Below, piece by piece: positions 63,801 to 64,000 of a stretch of DNA of 64,000 nucleotides. The translations under genes and the position numbers were made by a program. This DNA is from Azolla caroliniana (taxonomy: Eukaryota; Plantae; Polypodiophyta): the NCBI GenBank assembly GCA_043228905.1, contig JBHGNT010000138.1, positions 1-64,000 on the forward strand, in the 5' to 3' direction. The notes beneath the pieces are model-generated. The model saw only the letters and a list, made by a program, of their open reading frames with translations. It was not told the DNA's origin and made no database searches. Numbering within the stretch: position 1 is the stretch's first letter; the number at the start of each line of letters is the position of its first letter.

Positions 63801-64000
63801 AAAAAGACCTTCAACCGGTCATTCTCAATGAAAGATTTGGGTTCGGTGAAACAGATATTGGGGATGCACATAGTTTGGGACTCGACGAAGAAGCTATTGT
63901 GGCTATCACAGGAGAAGTACGTGACGAAGGTGCTCCAATGATTCAACATGTCGGATGCTAAGCTGATCGGGTCAACACTTCCGGAAAATTACAAGCTATC
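60860..64000 (+). mobile_element. Ty1/copia (Tork-like) element, 5' LTR remnant, PBS-Met 61029-61040, gag to RT running off the window
   Basis: GGGTTTCCACG LTR motif, TGGTATTAGAGC, CFYCGKPGHFQKNC, LDVKTTFLHGDL, LLLYVDDML. Confidence 0.9.

Overview
Eukaryotic land-plant DNA, most likely a non-seed plant such as a fern (inferred from the Tcn1-type chromovirus and the copia families). The first ~11 kb is a gene island. It holds the 3' part of a spliced mitochondrial carrier (UCP-like) gene on +, a nuclear tRNA-Trp(CCA) on -, and a complete 13-exon ferroportin IREG3/FPN3-like gene on -. The remaining ~53 kb is a nest of decayed LTR retrotransposons: several Ty1/copia elements, a full-length Tcn1-like chromovirus, chromovirus-type LTRs ending TG..TA, solo LTRs, and a Sola1/DUF7869-like transposase fragment. 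Many of these keep their target-site duplications (TSDs). Most notable observations: (1) the Tcn1-like element has no tRNA primer site but a 12-nt R/PBS complementarity, as in Tf1-type self-priming; (2) a 598-bp TSD-flanked foldback insertion at 16574-17171 looks like an integrated aberrant self-primed cDNA; (3) a copia family carries a ~170-200 aa charged tail fused after RNase H, two polypurine tracts (PPTs), and a conserved hairpin enclosing the PPT/LTR junction.
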